Assembly (NCBI GenBank): GCA_964016885.1
Contig: OZ024742.1
Location: 167,276,001-167,340,000 of the forward strand
Length of the DNA stretch: 64,000 bases
Direction of reading: 5' to 3'
Source of the DNA: Eledone cirrhosa
Lineage: Eukaryota
In this document: in pieces, positions 11,601-26,500 of the stretch
Numbering within the stretch: the first letter of the stretch is position 1
How the letters are laid out: each line of letters opens with the position of its first letter
Notes under the pieces: model-generated
Told to the model about the DNA's origin: nothing
The model's database searches: none
Seen by the model: only the letters and a program-made list of their open reading frames with translations
Made by a program: the position numbers and the translations under genes

Positions 11601-14599
11601 TGTCCAAGGGGAGGTAATATCTAGCCGTCCAAGGGGAGATAATTTCCAGCCGTCCAAGGGGAGATAATTTCCAGCCGTCCAAGGGTAGATAATATCCAGC
11701 CGTCCAAGGAGACATATTTTCCAGCCGTCCAAGGAGAGGTAATTTCTAGCCGTCCAAGTGGAGATAAATTCCAGCCTCCAAGGGGAGATAATTTCCAGCC
11801 AGCCAAGGGGAGATAATTTGTAAAAAATTCAGGGGGAGATAATTTGTAAAAAAAATCAGGGGGAGATAATTTGTAAAAAAAAATCAGGGGGAGATAATTT
11901 GTAAAAAAAATCAGGGGGAGATAATTTGTAAAAAAAATCAAGGGGAGATAATTTCCAGCCGTCCAAGGAGAGATAATTTAAAAAAAAAATCAGGCGGAGA
12001 TAATTTGTAAAAAAAAATCAGGGGGAGATAATTTGTAAAAAAAAATCAGGGGGAGATAATTTGTAAAAAAAATCAAGGGGAGATAATTTCCAGCCGTCCA
12101 AGGGGAGATAATTTTCAGCCGTCCAAGGGGAGATAATTTCCAGCCGTCCAAGGGGAGATAATTTAAAAAAAAAATCAGGCGGAGATAATTTGTAAAAAAA
12201 ATCAAGGGGAGATAATTTGCAACCGTCCAAGGGGACATAATTTTCAGTCGTCCAAGGAGAGGTAATTTCTAGCCGTACAAGGGGAGATAATTTCCAGCCG
12301 TCCAAGGGGAGATAATTTCCAGCCGTCCAAGGGGAGATAATTTTTTTTTAAAAATCAGGGGGAGATAATTTGTAAAAAAAAATCAGGGGGAGATAATTTG
12401 TAAAAAAAAATCAGGGGGAGATAATTTGTAAAAAAAATCAAGGGGAGATAATTTCCAGCCGTCCAAGGGAAGATAATTTCCAGCCCTCCAAGGGGCTATA
12501 ATTTCCAGCGTCCAAGGGGAGATAATTTCCAGCCAGCGAAGGGGAGATAATTGTTTTAAAAAAATCATTGGGAGATTTGTAAAAAAAATCAGGGGGAGAT
12601 AATTAATAAAAAAAATCAAGGGGAGATAATTTCCAGCCGTCCAAGGGGAGGTAATATCTAGCCGTCCAAGGGGAGATAATTTCCAGCCGTCCAAGGGAGA
12701 TAATTTTCAGCCGTCCAAGGGTAGATAATATCCAGCCGTCCAAGGAGACATATTTTCCAGCCGTCCAAGGAGAGGTAATTTCTAGCCGTCCAAGGGGAGA
12801 TAAATTCCAGCCTCCAAGGGGAGATAATTTCCAGCCAGCCAAGGGGAGATAATTTGTAAAAAAATCAGGGGGAGATAATTTGTAAAATAAATCAGGGGTA
12901 GATAATTTGTAAAAAAAAATCAGGGGGAGATAATTTGTAAAAAAAATCAGGGGGAGATAATATGTAAAAAAAATCAAGGGGAGATAATTTCCAGCCGTCC
13001 AAGGAGAGATAATTTAAAAAAAAAATCAGGCGGAGATAATTTGTAAAAAAAAATCAGGGGGAGATAATTTGTAAAAAAAAATCAGGGGGAGATAATTTGT
13101 AAAAAAAATCAAGGGGAGATAATTTCCAGCCGTCCAAGGGGAGATAATTTCCAGCCGTCCAAGGGGAAATAATTTTTTTAAAAAAATCAGGCGGAGATAA
13201 TTTGTAAAAAAAATCAGGGGGAGATAATTTGTAAAAAAAAATCAGGGGGAGATAATTTGTAAAAAAAAATCAGGGGGAGATAATTTCCAGCCGTCCAAGG
13301 TAAGATAATTTCCAGCCCTCCAAGGGGCTATAATTTCCAGCATCCAAGGGGAGATAATTTCCAGCCGTCCAATGGTAGATAATATCCAGCCGTCCAAGTA
13401 GACATTTTCCAGCCGTCCAAGGAGAGGTAATTTCTAGCCGTCCAAGGGGAGATAAATTCCAGCCTCCAAGGGGAGATAATTTCCAGCCAGCCAAGGGGAG
13501 ATAATTTGTAAAAAAATCAGGGGGAGATAATTTGTAAAAAAAATCAGGGGGAGATAATTTGTAAAAAAAATCAGGGGGAGATAATTTGTAAAAAAAAATC
13601 AGGGGGAGATAATTTGTAAAAAAAAATCAGGGGGAGATAATTTGTAAAAAAAATCAAGGGGAGATAATTTCCAGCCGTCCAAGGGGAGATAATTTTCAGC
13701 CGTCCAAGGGGAGATAATTTCCAGCCGTCCAAGGGGAGATAATTTCCATCCTTCCAAGGGGAGATAATTTCCAGCCGTCCAAGGGGAGATAATTTTCAGT
13801 CGTCCAAGGGGAGATAATTTCCCGCCAGCCAAGGGAAGATAATATTTTAAAAAATCAGGCGGAGATAATTTGTAAAAAAAATCAGGGGGAGATAATTTGT
13901 AAAAAAATCAGGGGGAGATAATTTGTAAAAAAAAAATCAGGGGGAGATAATTTGTAAAAAAAATCAGGGGGAGATAATTTGTAAAAAAAAAATCAGGGGT
14001 AGATAATTTGTAAAAAAAAATCAGGGGGAGATAATTTGTAAAAAAAAAATCAGGGGGAGATAATTTGTAAAAAAAATCAGGGGGAGATAATTTGTAAAAA
14101 AAAATCAGGGGGAGATAATTTCCAGCCGTCCAAGGGGAGATAATTTTCAGCCGTCCAAGGGGAGATAATTTCCCGCCAGCCAAGGGAAGATAATATTTAA
14201 AAAAATCAGGCGGAGATAATTTGTAAAAAAAATCAGGGGGAGATAATTTGTAAAAAAATCAGGGGGAGATAATTTGTAAAAAAAATCAAGGGGAGATAAT
14301 TTCCAGCCGTCCAAGGGGAGGTAATATCTAGCCGTCCAAGGGGAGATAATTTCCAGCCGTCCAACAGGAGATAATTTCCAGCCGTCCAAGGGTAGATAAT
14401 ATCCAGCCGTCCAAGGAGACATATTTTCCAGCCGTCCAAGGAGAGGTAATTTCTAGCCGTCCAAGGGGAGATAAATTCCAGCCTTCAAGGGGAGATAATT
14501 TCCAGCCAGCCAAGGGGAGATAATTTGTAAAAAAAATCAGGGGGAGATAATTTGTAAAAAAAATCAGGGGTAGATAATTTGTAAAAAAAAATCAGGGGG

Positions 14600-17500
14600 A
14601 GATAATTTGTAAAAAAAAATCAGGGGGAGATAATTTGTAAAAAAAATCAAGGGGGGATAATTTCCAGCCGTCGAAGGGAAGATAATTTCCAGCCCTCCAA
14701 GGGGCTATAATTTCCAGCGTCCAAGGGGAGATAATTTCCAGCCGTCCAAGGGGAGATAATTTCCAGCCGTCCAAGGGTAGATAATATCCAGCCGTCCAAG
14801 TAGACATTTTCCAGCCGTCCAAGGAGAGGTAATTTCTAGCCGTCCAAGGGGAGATAAATTCCAGCATCCAAGGGAAGATAATTTCCAGCCAGCCAAGGGG
14901 AGATAATTTGTAAAAAAATCAGGGGGAGATAATTTGTAAAAAAAAATCAGGGGGAGATAATTTGTAAAAAAAAATCAGGGGGAGATAATTTGTAAAAAAA
15001 AATCAGGGGGAGATAATTTGTAAAAAAAATCAGGGGGAGATAATTTGTAAAAAAAATCAAGGGGAGATAATTTCCAGCCGTCCAAGGGGAGATAATTTTC
15101 AGCCGTCCAAGGGGAGATAATTTCCAGCCGTCCAAGGGGAGATAATTTCCATCCTTCCAAGGGGAGATAATTTCCAGCCGTCCAAGGGGAGATAATTTTC
15201 AGCCGTCCAAGGGGAGATAATTTCCCGCCAGCCAAGGGAAGATAATATTTTAAAAAATCAGGCGGAGATAATTTTTAAAAAAAATCAGGGGGAGATAATT
15301 TGTAAAAAAATCAGGGGGAGATAATTTGTAAAAAAAAAATCAGGGGGAGATAATTTGTAAAAAAAATCAGTGGGAGATAATTTGTAAAAAAAAATCAGGG
15401 GTAGATAATTTGTAAAAAAAAATCAGGGGGAGATAATTTGTAAAAAAAAAATCAGGGGGAGATAATTTGTAAAAAAAATCAAGGGGAGATAATTTCCAGC
15501 CGTCCAAGGAGAGATAATTTTAAAAAAAAATCAGGCGGAGATAATTTGTAAAAAAAATCAAGGGGAGATAATTTGTAAAAAAAAATCAGGGGGAGATAAT
15601 TTGTAAAAAAAATCAAGGGGAGATAATTTCCAGCCGTCCAAGGGAAGATAATTTCCAGCACTCCAACGGGCTATAATTTGCAGTGTCCAAGGGGAGATAA
15701 TTTCCAGCCAGCGAAGGGGAGATAATTTTTTTTAAAAAATCAGGGGGAGATATGTAAAAAAAATCAGAGGGAGATAATTTCTAAAAAAAATCAAAGGGAG
15801 ATAATTTCCAGCCGTCCAAAGAGAGATAATTTCTAGCCGTCCAAGGGGAGATAATTTCCAGCCAAGGGGAGATAATTTCCAGCCGTCCAAGGGGAGATAA
15901 TTATTTAAAAAATCAGGTGGAGATAATTTGTAAAAAAAATCAGGGGGAGATAATTTGTAAAAACAAAATCAAGGGCAGATAATTTCCAGCTGTCCAAGGG
16001 GAGATAATTTCCAGCCGTGCAAGGGGAGATAATTTCCAGCCGTCCAAGGGGAGATAATTTCCATCCTTCCAAGGGGAGATAATTTCCAGCCAGCCAAGGG
16101 AAGATAATTTTTTAAAAAATCAGGCGGAGATTGTAAAAAAAATCAGGGGGAGATAATTTGTAAAAAAATCAGGAGGAGATAATTTGTAAAAAAATCAAGG
16201 GGAGATAATTTCCAGCTGTCCAAGGGGAGGTAATATCTAGCCGTCCAAGGGGAGATAATTTTCAGCCGTCCAAGGGGAGATAATTTCCAGCCGTCCAAGG
16301 GTAGATAATATCCAGCCGTCCAAGGAGACATATTTTCCAGCCGTCCAAGGAGAGGTAATTTCTAGCCGTCCAAGTGGAGATAAATTCCAGCCTCCAAGGG
16401 GAGATAATTTCCAGCCAGCCAAGGGGAGATAATTTGTAAAAAAATCAGGGGGAGATAATTTGTAAAAAAAATCAGGGGGAGATAATTTGTAAAAAAAAAT
16501 CAGGGGGATATAATTTGTAAAAAAAATCAGGGGGAGATAATTTGTAAAAAAAATCAAGGGGAGATAATTTCCAGCCGTCCACGGAGAGATAATTTAAAAA
16601 AAAAATCAGGCGGAGATAATTTGTAAAAAAAAATCAGGGGGAGATAATTTGTAAAAAAAAATCAGGGGGAGATAATTTGTAAAAAAAATCAAGGGGAGAT
16701 AATTTCCAGCCGTCCAAGGGGAGATAATTTTCAGCCGTCCAAGGGGAGATAATTTCCAGCCGTCCAAGGGGAGATAATTTAAAAAAAAAATCAGGCGGAG
16801 ATAATTTGTAAAAAAAATCAAGGGGAGATAATTTGCAACCGTCCAAGGGGACATAATTTTCAGTCGTCCAAGGAGAGGTAATTTCTAGCCGTACAAGGGG
16901 AGATAATTTCCAGCCGTCCAAGGGGAGATAATTTCCAGCCGTCCAAGGGGAGATAATTTTTTTTTAAAAATCAGGCGGAGATAATTTGTAAAAAAAAAAT
17001 CAGGGGGAGATAATTTGTAAAAAAAAATCAGGGGGAGATAATTTGTAAAAAAAAATCAGGGGGAGATAATTTGTAAAAAAAATCAAGGGGAGATAATTTC
17101 CAGCCGTCCAAGGGAAGATAATTTCCAGCCCTCCAAGGGGCTATAATTTCCAGCGTCCAAGGGGAGATAATTTCCAGCCAGCGAAGGGGAGATAATTGTT
17201 TTAAAAAAATCATTGCGAGATTTGTAAAAAAAATCAGGGGGAGATTAATAAAAAAAATCAAGGGGAGATAATTTCCAGCCGTACAAGGGGAGGTAATATC
17301 TAGCCGTCCAAGCGGAGATAATTTCCAGCCGTCCAAGGGGAGATAATTTCCAGCCGTCCAAGGGTAGATAATATCCAGCCGTCCAAGGAGACATATTTTC
17401 CAGCCGTCCAAGGAGAGGTAATTTCTAGCCGTCCAAGGGGAGATAAATTCCAGCCTCCAAGGGGAGATAATTTCCAGCCAGCCAAGGGGAGATAATTTGT

Positions 17501-20500
17501 AAAAAAATCAGGGGGAGATAATTTGTAAAAAAAATCAGGGGTAGATAATTTGTAAAAAAAAATCAGGGGGAGATAATTTGTAAAAAAAAATCAGGGGGAG
17601 ATAATTTGTAAAAAAATCAAGGGGAGATAATTTCCAGCCGTCCAAGGAGAGATAATTTTAAAAAAAAATCAGGCGGAGATAATTTGTAAAAAAAAATCAG
17701 GGGGAGATAATTTGTAAAAAAAAATCAGGGGGAGATAATTTGTAAAAAAAATCAAGGGGAGATAATTTCCAGCCGTCCAAGGGGAGATAATTTCCAGCCG
17801 TCCAAGGGGAGATAATTTTTTTAAAAAAATCAGGCGGAGATAATTTGTAAAAAAAGTCAGGGGGAGATAATTTGTAAAAAAAAATCAGGGGGAGATAATT
17901 TGTAAAAAAAAATCAGGGGGAGATAATTTCCAGCCGTCCAAGGTAAGATAATTTCCAGCCCTCCAAGGGGCTATAATTTCCAGCATCCAAGGGGAGATCA
18001 TTTCCAGCCGTCCAAGGGTAGATAATATCCAGCCGTCCAAGTAGACATATTTTCCAGCCGTCCAAGGAGAGGTAATTTCTAGCCGTCCAAGGGGAGATAA
18101 ATTCCAGCCTCCAAGGGGAGATAATTTCCAGCCAGCCAAGGGGAGATAATTTGTAAAAAAATCAGGGGAGATAATTTGTAAAAAAAATCAGGGGGAGATA
18201 ATTACTAAAAAAAAATCAGGGGGAGATAATTTGTAAAAAAAAATCAGGGGGAGATAATTTGTAAAAAAAAATCAGGGGGAGATAATTTCCAGCCGTCCAA
18301 GGGGAGATAATTTCCAGCCGTCCAAGGGTAGATAATATCCAGCCGTCCAAGTAGACATTTTCCAGCCGTCCAAGGAGAGGTAATTTCTAGCCGTCCAAGG
18401 GGAGATAAATTCCAGCCTCCAAGGGAAGATAATTTCCAGCCAGCCAAGGGGAGATAATTTGTAAAAAAATCAGGGGGAGATAATTTGTAAAAAAAATCAG
18501 GGGGAGATAATTTGTAAAAAAAAATCAGGGGGAGATAATTTGTAAAAAAAATCAGGGGGAGATAATTTGTAAAAAAAATCAAGGGGAGATAATTTCCAGC
18601 CGTCCAAGGGGAGATAATTTTCAGCCGTCCAAGGGGAGATAATTTCCAGCCGTCCAAGGGGAGATAATTTCCATCCTTCCAAGGGGAGATAATTTCCAGC
18701 CGTCCAAGGGGAGATAATTTTCAGCCGTCCAAGGGGAGATAATTTCCAGCCGTCCAAGGGGAGATAATTTCCAGCCGTCCAAGGGGAAATAATTTTTTTA
18801 AAAAAATCAGGCGGAGATAATTTGTAAAAAAAATCAGGGGGAGATAATTTGTAAAAAAAAATCAGGGGGAGATAATTTGTAAAAAAAAATCAGGGGGAGA
18901 TAATTTCCAGCCGTCCAAGGTAAGATAATTTCCAGCCCTCCAAGGGGCTATAATTTCCAGCATCCAAGGGGAGATAATTTCCAGCCGTCCAAGGGTAGAT
19001 AATATCCAGCCGTCCAAGTAGACATATTTTCCAGCCGTCCAAGGAGAGGTAATTTCTAGCCGTCCAAGGGGAGATAAATTCCAGCCTCCAAGGGGAGATA
19101 ATTTCCAGCTAGCCAAGGGCAGATAATTTGTAAAAAAATCAGGGGGAGATAATTTGTAAAAAAAATCAGGGGGAGATAATTTGTAAAAAAAAATCAGGGG
19201 GAGATAATTTGTAAAAAAAAATCAGGGGGAGATAATTTGTAAAAAAAAATCAGGGGGAGATAATTTCCAGCCGTCCAAGGGGAGATAATTTTCAGCCGTC
19301 CAAGGGTAGATAATATCCAGCCGTCCAAGTAGACATTTTCCAGCCGTCCAAGGAGAGGTAATTTCTAGCCGTCCAAGGGGAGATAAATTCCAGCCTCCAA
19401 GGGGAGATAATTTCCAGCCAGCCAAGGGGAGATAATTTGTAAAAAAATCAGGGGGAGATAATTTGTAAAAAAAATCAGGGGGAGATAATTTGTAAAAAAA
19501 AATCAGGGGGAGATAATTTGTAAAAAAAAATCAGGGGGAGATAATTTGTAAAAAAAATCAAGGGGAGATAATTTCCAGCCGTCCAAGGGGAGATAATTTT
19601 CAGCCGTCCAAGGGGAGATAATTTCCAGCCGTCCAAGGGGAGATAATTTCCATCCTTCCAAGGGGAGATAATTTCCAGCCGTCCAAGGGGAGATAATTTT
19701 CAGTCGTCCAAGGGGAGATAATTTCCCGCCAGCCAAGGGAAGATAATATTTTAAAAAATCAGGCGGAGATAATTTGTAAAAAAAATCAGGGGGAGATAAT
19801 TTGTAAAAAAATCAGGGGGAGATAATTTGTAAAAAAAAAATCAGGGGGAGATAATTTGTAAAAAAAATCAGGGGGAGATAATTTGTAAAAAAAAATCAGG
19901 GGTAGATAATTTGTAAAAAAAAATCAGGGGGAGATAATTTGTAAAAAAAAAATCAGGGGGAGATAATTTGTAAAAAAAATCAGGGGGAGATAATTTGTAA
20001 AAATAAATCAGGGGGAGATAATTTCCAGCCGTCCAAGGGGAGATAATTTTCAGCCGTCCAAGGGGAGATAATTTCCCGCCAGCCAAGGGAAGATAATATT
20101 TAAAAAAATCAGGCGGAGATAATTTGTAAAAAAAATCAGGGGGAGATAATTTGTAAAAAAATCAGGGGGAGATAATTTGTAAAAAAAATCAAGGGGAGAT
20201 AATTTCCAGCCGTCCAAAGGGAGGTAATATCTAGCCGTCCAAGGGGAGATAATTTCCAGCCGTCCAACAGGAGATAATTTCCAGCCGTCCAAGGGTAGAT
20301 AATATCCAGCCGTCCAAGGAGACATATTTTCCAGCCGTCCAAGGAGAGGTAATTTCTAGCCGTCCAAGGGGAGATAAATTCCAGCCTCCAAGGGGAGATA
20401 ATTTCCAGCCAGCCAAGGGGAGATAATTTGTAAAAAAAATCAGGGGGAGATAATTTGTAAAAAAAATCAGGGGGAGATAATTTGTAAAAAAAAATCAGGG

Positions 20501-23500
20501 GGAGATAATTTGTAAAAAAAATCAGGGGGAGATAATTTGTAAAAAAAAATCAAGGGGAGATAATTTCCAGCCGTCCAAGGGGAGATAATTTTCAGCCGCC
20601 CAAGGGGAGATAATTTCCCGCCAGCCAAGGGAAGATAATATTTAAAAAATCAGGCGGAGATAATTTGTAAAAAAAATCAGGGGGAGATAATTTGAAAAAA
20701 AATCAGGGGGAGATAATTTGTAAAAAAAAAATCAGGGGGAGATAATTTGTAAAAGAAATCAGGGGGAGATGATTTGTAAAAAAAAATCAGGGGTAGATAA
20801 TTTGTAAAAAAAAATCAGGGGGAGATAATTTGTAAAAAAAATCAAGGGGAGATAATTTCCAGCCGTCGAAGGGAAGATAATTTCCAGCCCTCCAAGGGGC
20901 TATAATTTCCAGCGTCCAAGGGGAGATAATTTCCAGCCGTCCAAGGGGAGATAATTTCCAGCCGTCCAAGGGTAGATAATATCCAGCGCGCCAAGTAGAC
21001 ATTTTCCAGCCGTCCAAGGAGAGGTAATTTCTAGCCGTCCAAGGGGAGATAAATTCCAGCCTCCAAGGGAAGATAATTTCCAGCCAGCCAAGGGGAGATA
21101 ATTTGTAAAAAAATCAGGGGGAGATAATTTGTAAAAAAAAATCAGGGGGAGATAATTTGTAAAAAAAAATCAGGGGGAGATAATTTGTAAAAAAAAATCA
21201 GGGGGAGATAATTTGTAAAAAAAATCAGGGGGAGATAATTTGTAAAAAAAATCAAGGGGAGATAATTTCCAGCCGTCCAAGGGGAGATAATTTTCAGCCG
21301 TCCAAGGGGAGATAATTTCCAGCCGTCCAAGGGGAGATAATTTCCATCCTTCCAAGGGGAGATAATTTCCAGCCGTCCAAGGGGAGATAATTTTCAGCCG
21401 TCCAAGGGGAGATAATTTCCCGCCAGCCAAGGGAAGATAATATTTTAAAAAATCAGGCGGAGATAATTTGTAAAAAAAATCAGGGGGAGATAATTTGTAA
21501 AAAAATCAGGGGGAGATAATTTGTAAAAAAAAAATCAGGGGGAGATAATTTGTAAAAAAAATCAGGGGGAGATAATTTGTAAAAAAAAATCAGGGGTAGA
21601 TAATTTGTAAAAAAAAATCAGGGGGAGATAATTTGTAAAAAAAAAATCAGGGGGAGATAATTTGTAAAAAAAATCAAGGGGAGATAATTTCCAGCCGTCC
21701 AAGGAGAGATAATTTTTAAAAAAAATCAGGCGAAGATAATTTGTAAAAAAAATCAAGGGGAGATAATTTGTAAAAAAAAATCAGGGGGAGATAATTTGTA
21801 AAAAAAATCAAGGGGAGATAATTTCCAGCCGTCCAAGGGAAGATAATTTCCAGCACTCCAACGGGCTATAATTTGCAGTGTCCAAGGGGAGATAATTTCC
21901 AGCCAGCGAAGGGGAGATAATTTTTTTAAAAAAATCAGGGGGAGATATGTAAAAAAATTCAGAGGGAGATAATTTCTAAAAAAAATCAAAGGGAGATAAT
22001 TTCCAGCCGTCCAAAGAGAGATAATTTCTAGCCGTCCAAGGGGAGATAATTTCCAGCCAAGGGGAGATAATTTCCAGCCGTCCAAGGGGAGATAATTATT
22101 TAAAAAATCAGGTGGAGATAATTTGTAAAAAAAATCAGGGGGAGATAATTTGTAAAAACAAAATCAAGGGCAGATAATTTCCAGCTGTCCAAGGGGAGAT
22201 AATTTCCAGCCGTGCAAGGGGAGATAATTTCCAGCCGTCCAAGGGGAGATAATTTCCATCCTTCCAAGGGGAGATAATTTCCAGCCGTCCAAGGGGAGAT
22301 AATTTCCCGCCAGCCAAGGGAAGATAATTTTTTAAAAAATCAGGCGGAGATTGTAAAAAAAATCAGGGGGAGATAATTTGTAAAAAAATCAGGAGATAAT
22401 TTGTAAAAAAATCAAGGGGAGATAATTTGTAAAAAAAATCAAGGGGAGATAATTTCCAGCCGTCCAAGGGGAGATAATTTTCAGCCGTCCAAGGGGAGAT
22501 AATTTCCAGCCGTCCAAGGGGAGATAATTTAAAAAAAAAATCAGGCGGAGATAATTTGTAAAAAAAATCAAGGGGAGATAATTTGCAACCGTCCAAGGGG
22601 ACATAATTTTCAGTCGTCCAAGGAGAGCTAATTTCTAGCCGTACAAGGGGAGATAATTTCCAGCCGTCCAAGGGGAGATAATTTCCAGCCGTCCAAGGGG
22701 AGATAATTTTTTTTTAAAAATCAGGCGGAGATAATTTGTAAAAAAAAATCAGGGGGAGATAATTTGTAAAAAAAAATCAGGGGGAGATAATTTGTAAAAA
22801 AAAATCAGGGGGAGATAATTTGTAAAAAAAATCAAGGGGAGATAATTTCCAGCCGTCCAAGGGAAGATAATTTCCAGCCCTCCAAGGGGCTATAATTTCC
22901 AGCGTCCAAGGGGAGATAATTTCCAGCCAGCGAAGGGGAGATAATTGTTTTAAAAAAATCATTGGGAGATTTGTAAAAAAAATCAGGGGGAGATAATTAA
23001 TAAAAAAAATCAAGGGGAGATAATTTCCAGCCGTCCAAGGGGAGGTAATATCTAGCCGTCCAAGGGGAGATAATTTCCAGCCGTCCAAGGGGAGATAATT
23101 TCCAGCCGTCCAAGGGTAGATAATATCCAGCCGTCCAAGGAGACATATTTTCCAGCCGTCCAAGGAGAGGTAATTTCTAGCCGTCCAAGGGGAGATAAAT
23201 TCCAGCCTCCAAGGGGAGATAATTTCCAGCCAGCCAAGGGGAGATAATTTGTAAAAAAATCAGGGGGAGATAATTTGTAAAATAAATCAGGGGTAGATAA
23301 TTTGTAAAAAAAAATCAGGGGGAGATAATTTGTAAAAAAAAATCAGGGGGAGATAATTTGTAAAAAAAATCAAGGGGAGATAATTTCCAGCCGTCCAAGG
23401 AGAGATAATTTTAAAAAAAAATCAGGCGGAGATAATTTGTAAAAAAAAATCAGGGGGAGATAATTTGTAAAAAAAAATCAGGGGGAGATAATTTGTAAAA

Positions 23501-26500
23501 AAAATCAAGGGGAGATAATTTCCAGCCGTCCAAGGGGAGATAATTTCCAGCCGTCCAAGGGGAAATAATTTTTTTAAAAAAATCAGGCGGAGATAATTTG
23601 TAAAAAAAATCAGGGGGAGATAATTTGTAAAAAAAAATCAGGGGGAGATAATTTGTAAAAAAAAATCAGGGGGAGATAATTTTCAGCCGTCCAAGGTAAG
23701 ATAATTTCCAGCCCTCCAAGGGGCTATAATTTCCAGCATCCAAGGGGAGATAATTTCCAGCCGTCCAAGGGTAGATAATATCCAGCCGTCCAAGTAGACA
23801 TATTTTCCAGCCGTCCAAGGAGAGGTAATTTCTAGCCGTCCAAGGGGAGATAAATTCCAGCCTCCAAGGGGAGATAATTTCCTGCCGTCCAAGGGGAGAT
23901 AATTTTAAAAAAAAAACAGGCGAAGATAATTTGTAAAAAAAAAATCAGGGGGAGATAATTTGTAAAAAAAAACAGGGGGAGATAATTTGTAAAAAAAAAT
24001 CAGGGGGAGGTAATTTGTGAAAAAAAATCAAGGGGAGATAATTTCCAGCCGTCCAAGGGAAGATAATTTCCAGCCCTCCAAGGGGCTATAATTTCCAGCG
24101 TCCAAGGGGAGATAATTTCCAGCCAGCGAAGGGGAGATAATTTTTTTTTTTTTAAATCAGGGGAACATAATTTGTAAAAAAAATCAGGGGGAGATAATTT
24201 GTAAAAAAAATCAAGGGGAGATAATTTTTAAAAAAAAATCAGGGGGAGATAATTTGTAAAAAAAAATCAGGGGGAGATAATTTGTAAAAAAAATCAAGGG
24301 GAGATAATTTGTAAAAAAAAATCAAGGGGAGATAATTTCCAGCCGTCCAAGGGGAGATAATTTTCAGCCGTCCAAGGGGAGATAATTTCCCGCCAGCCAA
24401 GGAAAGATAATATTTAAAAAAATCAGGCGGAGATAATTTGTAAAAAAAATCAGGGGGAGATAATTTGTAAAAAGATCAGGGGGAGATAATTTGTAAAAAA
24501 AAAATCAGGGGGAGATAATTTGTAAAAAAAATCAGGGGGAGATAATTTGTAAAAAAAAATCAGGGGGAGATAATTTGTAAAAAAAAATCAGGGGGAGATA
24601 ATTTGTAAAAAAAATCAATTGGAGATAATTTCCAGCCGTCCAAGGGGAGATAATTTTCAGCCGTCCAAGGAGAGGTAATTTCTAGACGTCCAAGGGGAGA
24701 TAATTTCCAGCCGTCCAAGGGTAGATAATATCCAGCCGTCCAAGGAGACATATTTTCCAGCTTTCCAAGGAGAGGTAATTTCTAGCCGTCCAAGGGGAGA
24801 TAAATTCCAGCCTCCAAGGGGAGATAATTTCCAGCCAGCCAAGGGGAGATAATTTGTAAAAAAATCAGGGGGAGATAATTTGTAAAAAAAAATCAGGGGC
24901 AGATAATTTGTAAAAAAAATCAGGGGGAGATAATTTGTAAAAAAAATCAGGGGGAGATAATTTGTAAAAAAAATCAAGGGGAGATAATTTCCAGCCGTCC
25001 AAGGGGAGATAATTTTCAGCCGTCCAAGGGGAGATAATTTCCCGCCAGCCAAGGGAAGATAATATTTAAAAAATGAGGCGGAGATAATTTGTAAAAAAAA
25101 TCAGGGGGAGATAATTTGTAAAAAAATCAGGGGGAGATAATTTGTAAAAAAAAAATCAGGGAGAGATAATTTGTAAAAAAAATCAGGGGGAGATAATTTG
25201 TAAAAAAAAATCAGGGGTAGATAATTTGTAAAAAAAAATCAGGGGGAGATAATTTGTAAAAAAAAATCAGGGGGAGATAATTTGTAAAAAAAAAATCAGG
25301 GGGAGATAATTTGTAAAAAAAATCAAGGGGAGATAATTTCCAGCCGTCCAAGGGAAGATAATTTCAAGCCCTCCAAGGGGCTATAATTTCCAGTGTCCAA
25401 GGGGAGATAATTTCCAGCCAGCGAAGGGGAGATAATTTTTTTTTTAAAATCAGGGGGAGATTTGTACAAAAAATCAGGGGGAGATAATTTGTAAAAAAAA
25501 TCAAAGGGAGATAATTTCCAGCCGTCCAAAGAGAGATAATTTCTAGCCGTCCAAGGGGAGATAATTTCGAGCCAAGGGGAGATAATTTCCAGCCGTCCAA
25601 GGGGAGATAATTTTTTAAAAAATCAGGTGGAGATAATTTGTAAAAAAAATCAGGGGGAGATAATTTGTAAAAACAAAATCAAGGGCAGATAATTTCCAGC
25701 TGTCCAAGGGGAGATAATTTCCAGCCGTGCAAGGGGAGATAATTTCCAGCCGTCCAAGGGGAGATAATTTCCATCCTTCCAAGGGGAGATAATTTCCAGC
25801 CGTCCAAGGGGAGATAATTTCCCGCCAGCCAAGGGGAGATAATTTGTAAAAAAATCAGGGGTAGATAATTTGTAAAAAAAATCAGGGGGAGATAATTTGT
25901 AAAAAAAAATCAGGGGGAGATAATTTGTAAAAAAAAATCAGGGGGAGATAATTTGTAAAAAAAAATCAGGGGGAGATAATTTCCAGCCGTCCAAGGGGAG
26001 ATAATTTTCAGCCGTCCAAGGGTAGATAATATCCAGCCGTCCAAGTAGACATTTTCCAGCCGTCCAAGGAGAGGTAATTTCTAGCCGTCCAAGGGGAGAT
26101 AAATTCCAGCCTCCAAGGGGAGATAATTTCCAGCCAGCCAAGGGGAGATAATTTGTAAAAAAATCAGGGGGAGATAATTTGTAAAAAAAATCAGGGGGAG
26201 ATAATTTGTAAAAAAAAATCAGGGGGAGATAATTTGTAAAAAAAACAGAGGGGGAGATAATTTGTAAAAAAAAATCAGGGGGAGATAATTTGTAAAAAAA
26301 ATCAAGGGGAGATAATTTCCAGCCGTCCAAGGGGAGATAATTTTCAGCCGTCCAAGGGGAGATAATTTCCAGCCGTCCAAGGGGAGATAATTTCCATCCT
26401 TCCAAGGGGAGATAATTTCCAGCCGTCCAAGGGGAGATAATTTTCAGTCGTCCAAGGGGAGATAATTTCCCGCCAGCCAAGGGAAGATAATATTTTAAAA

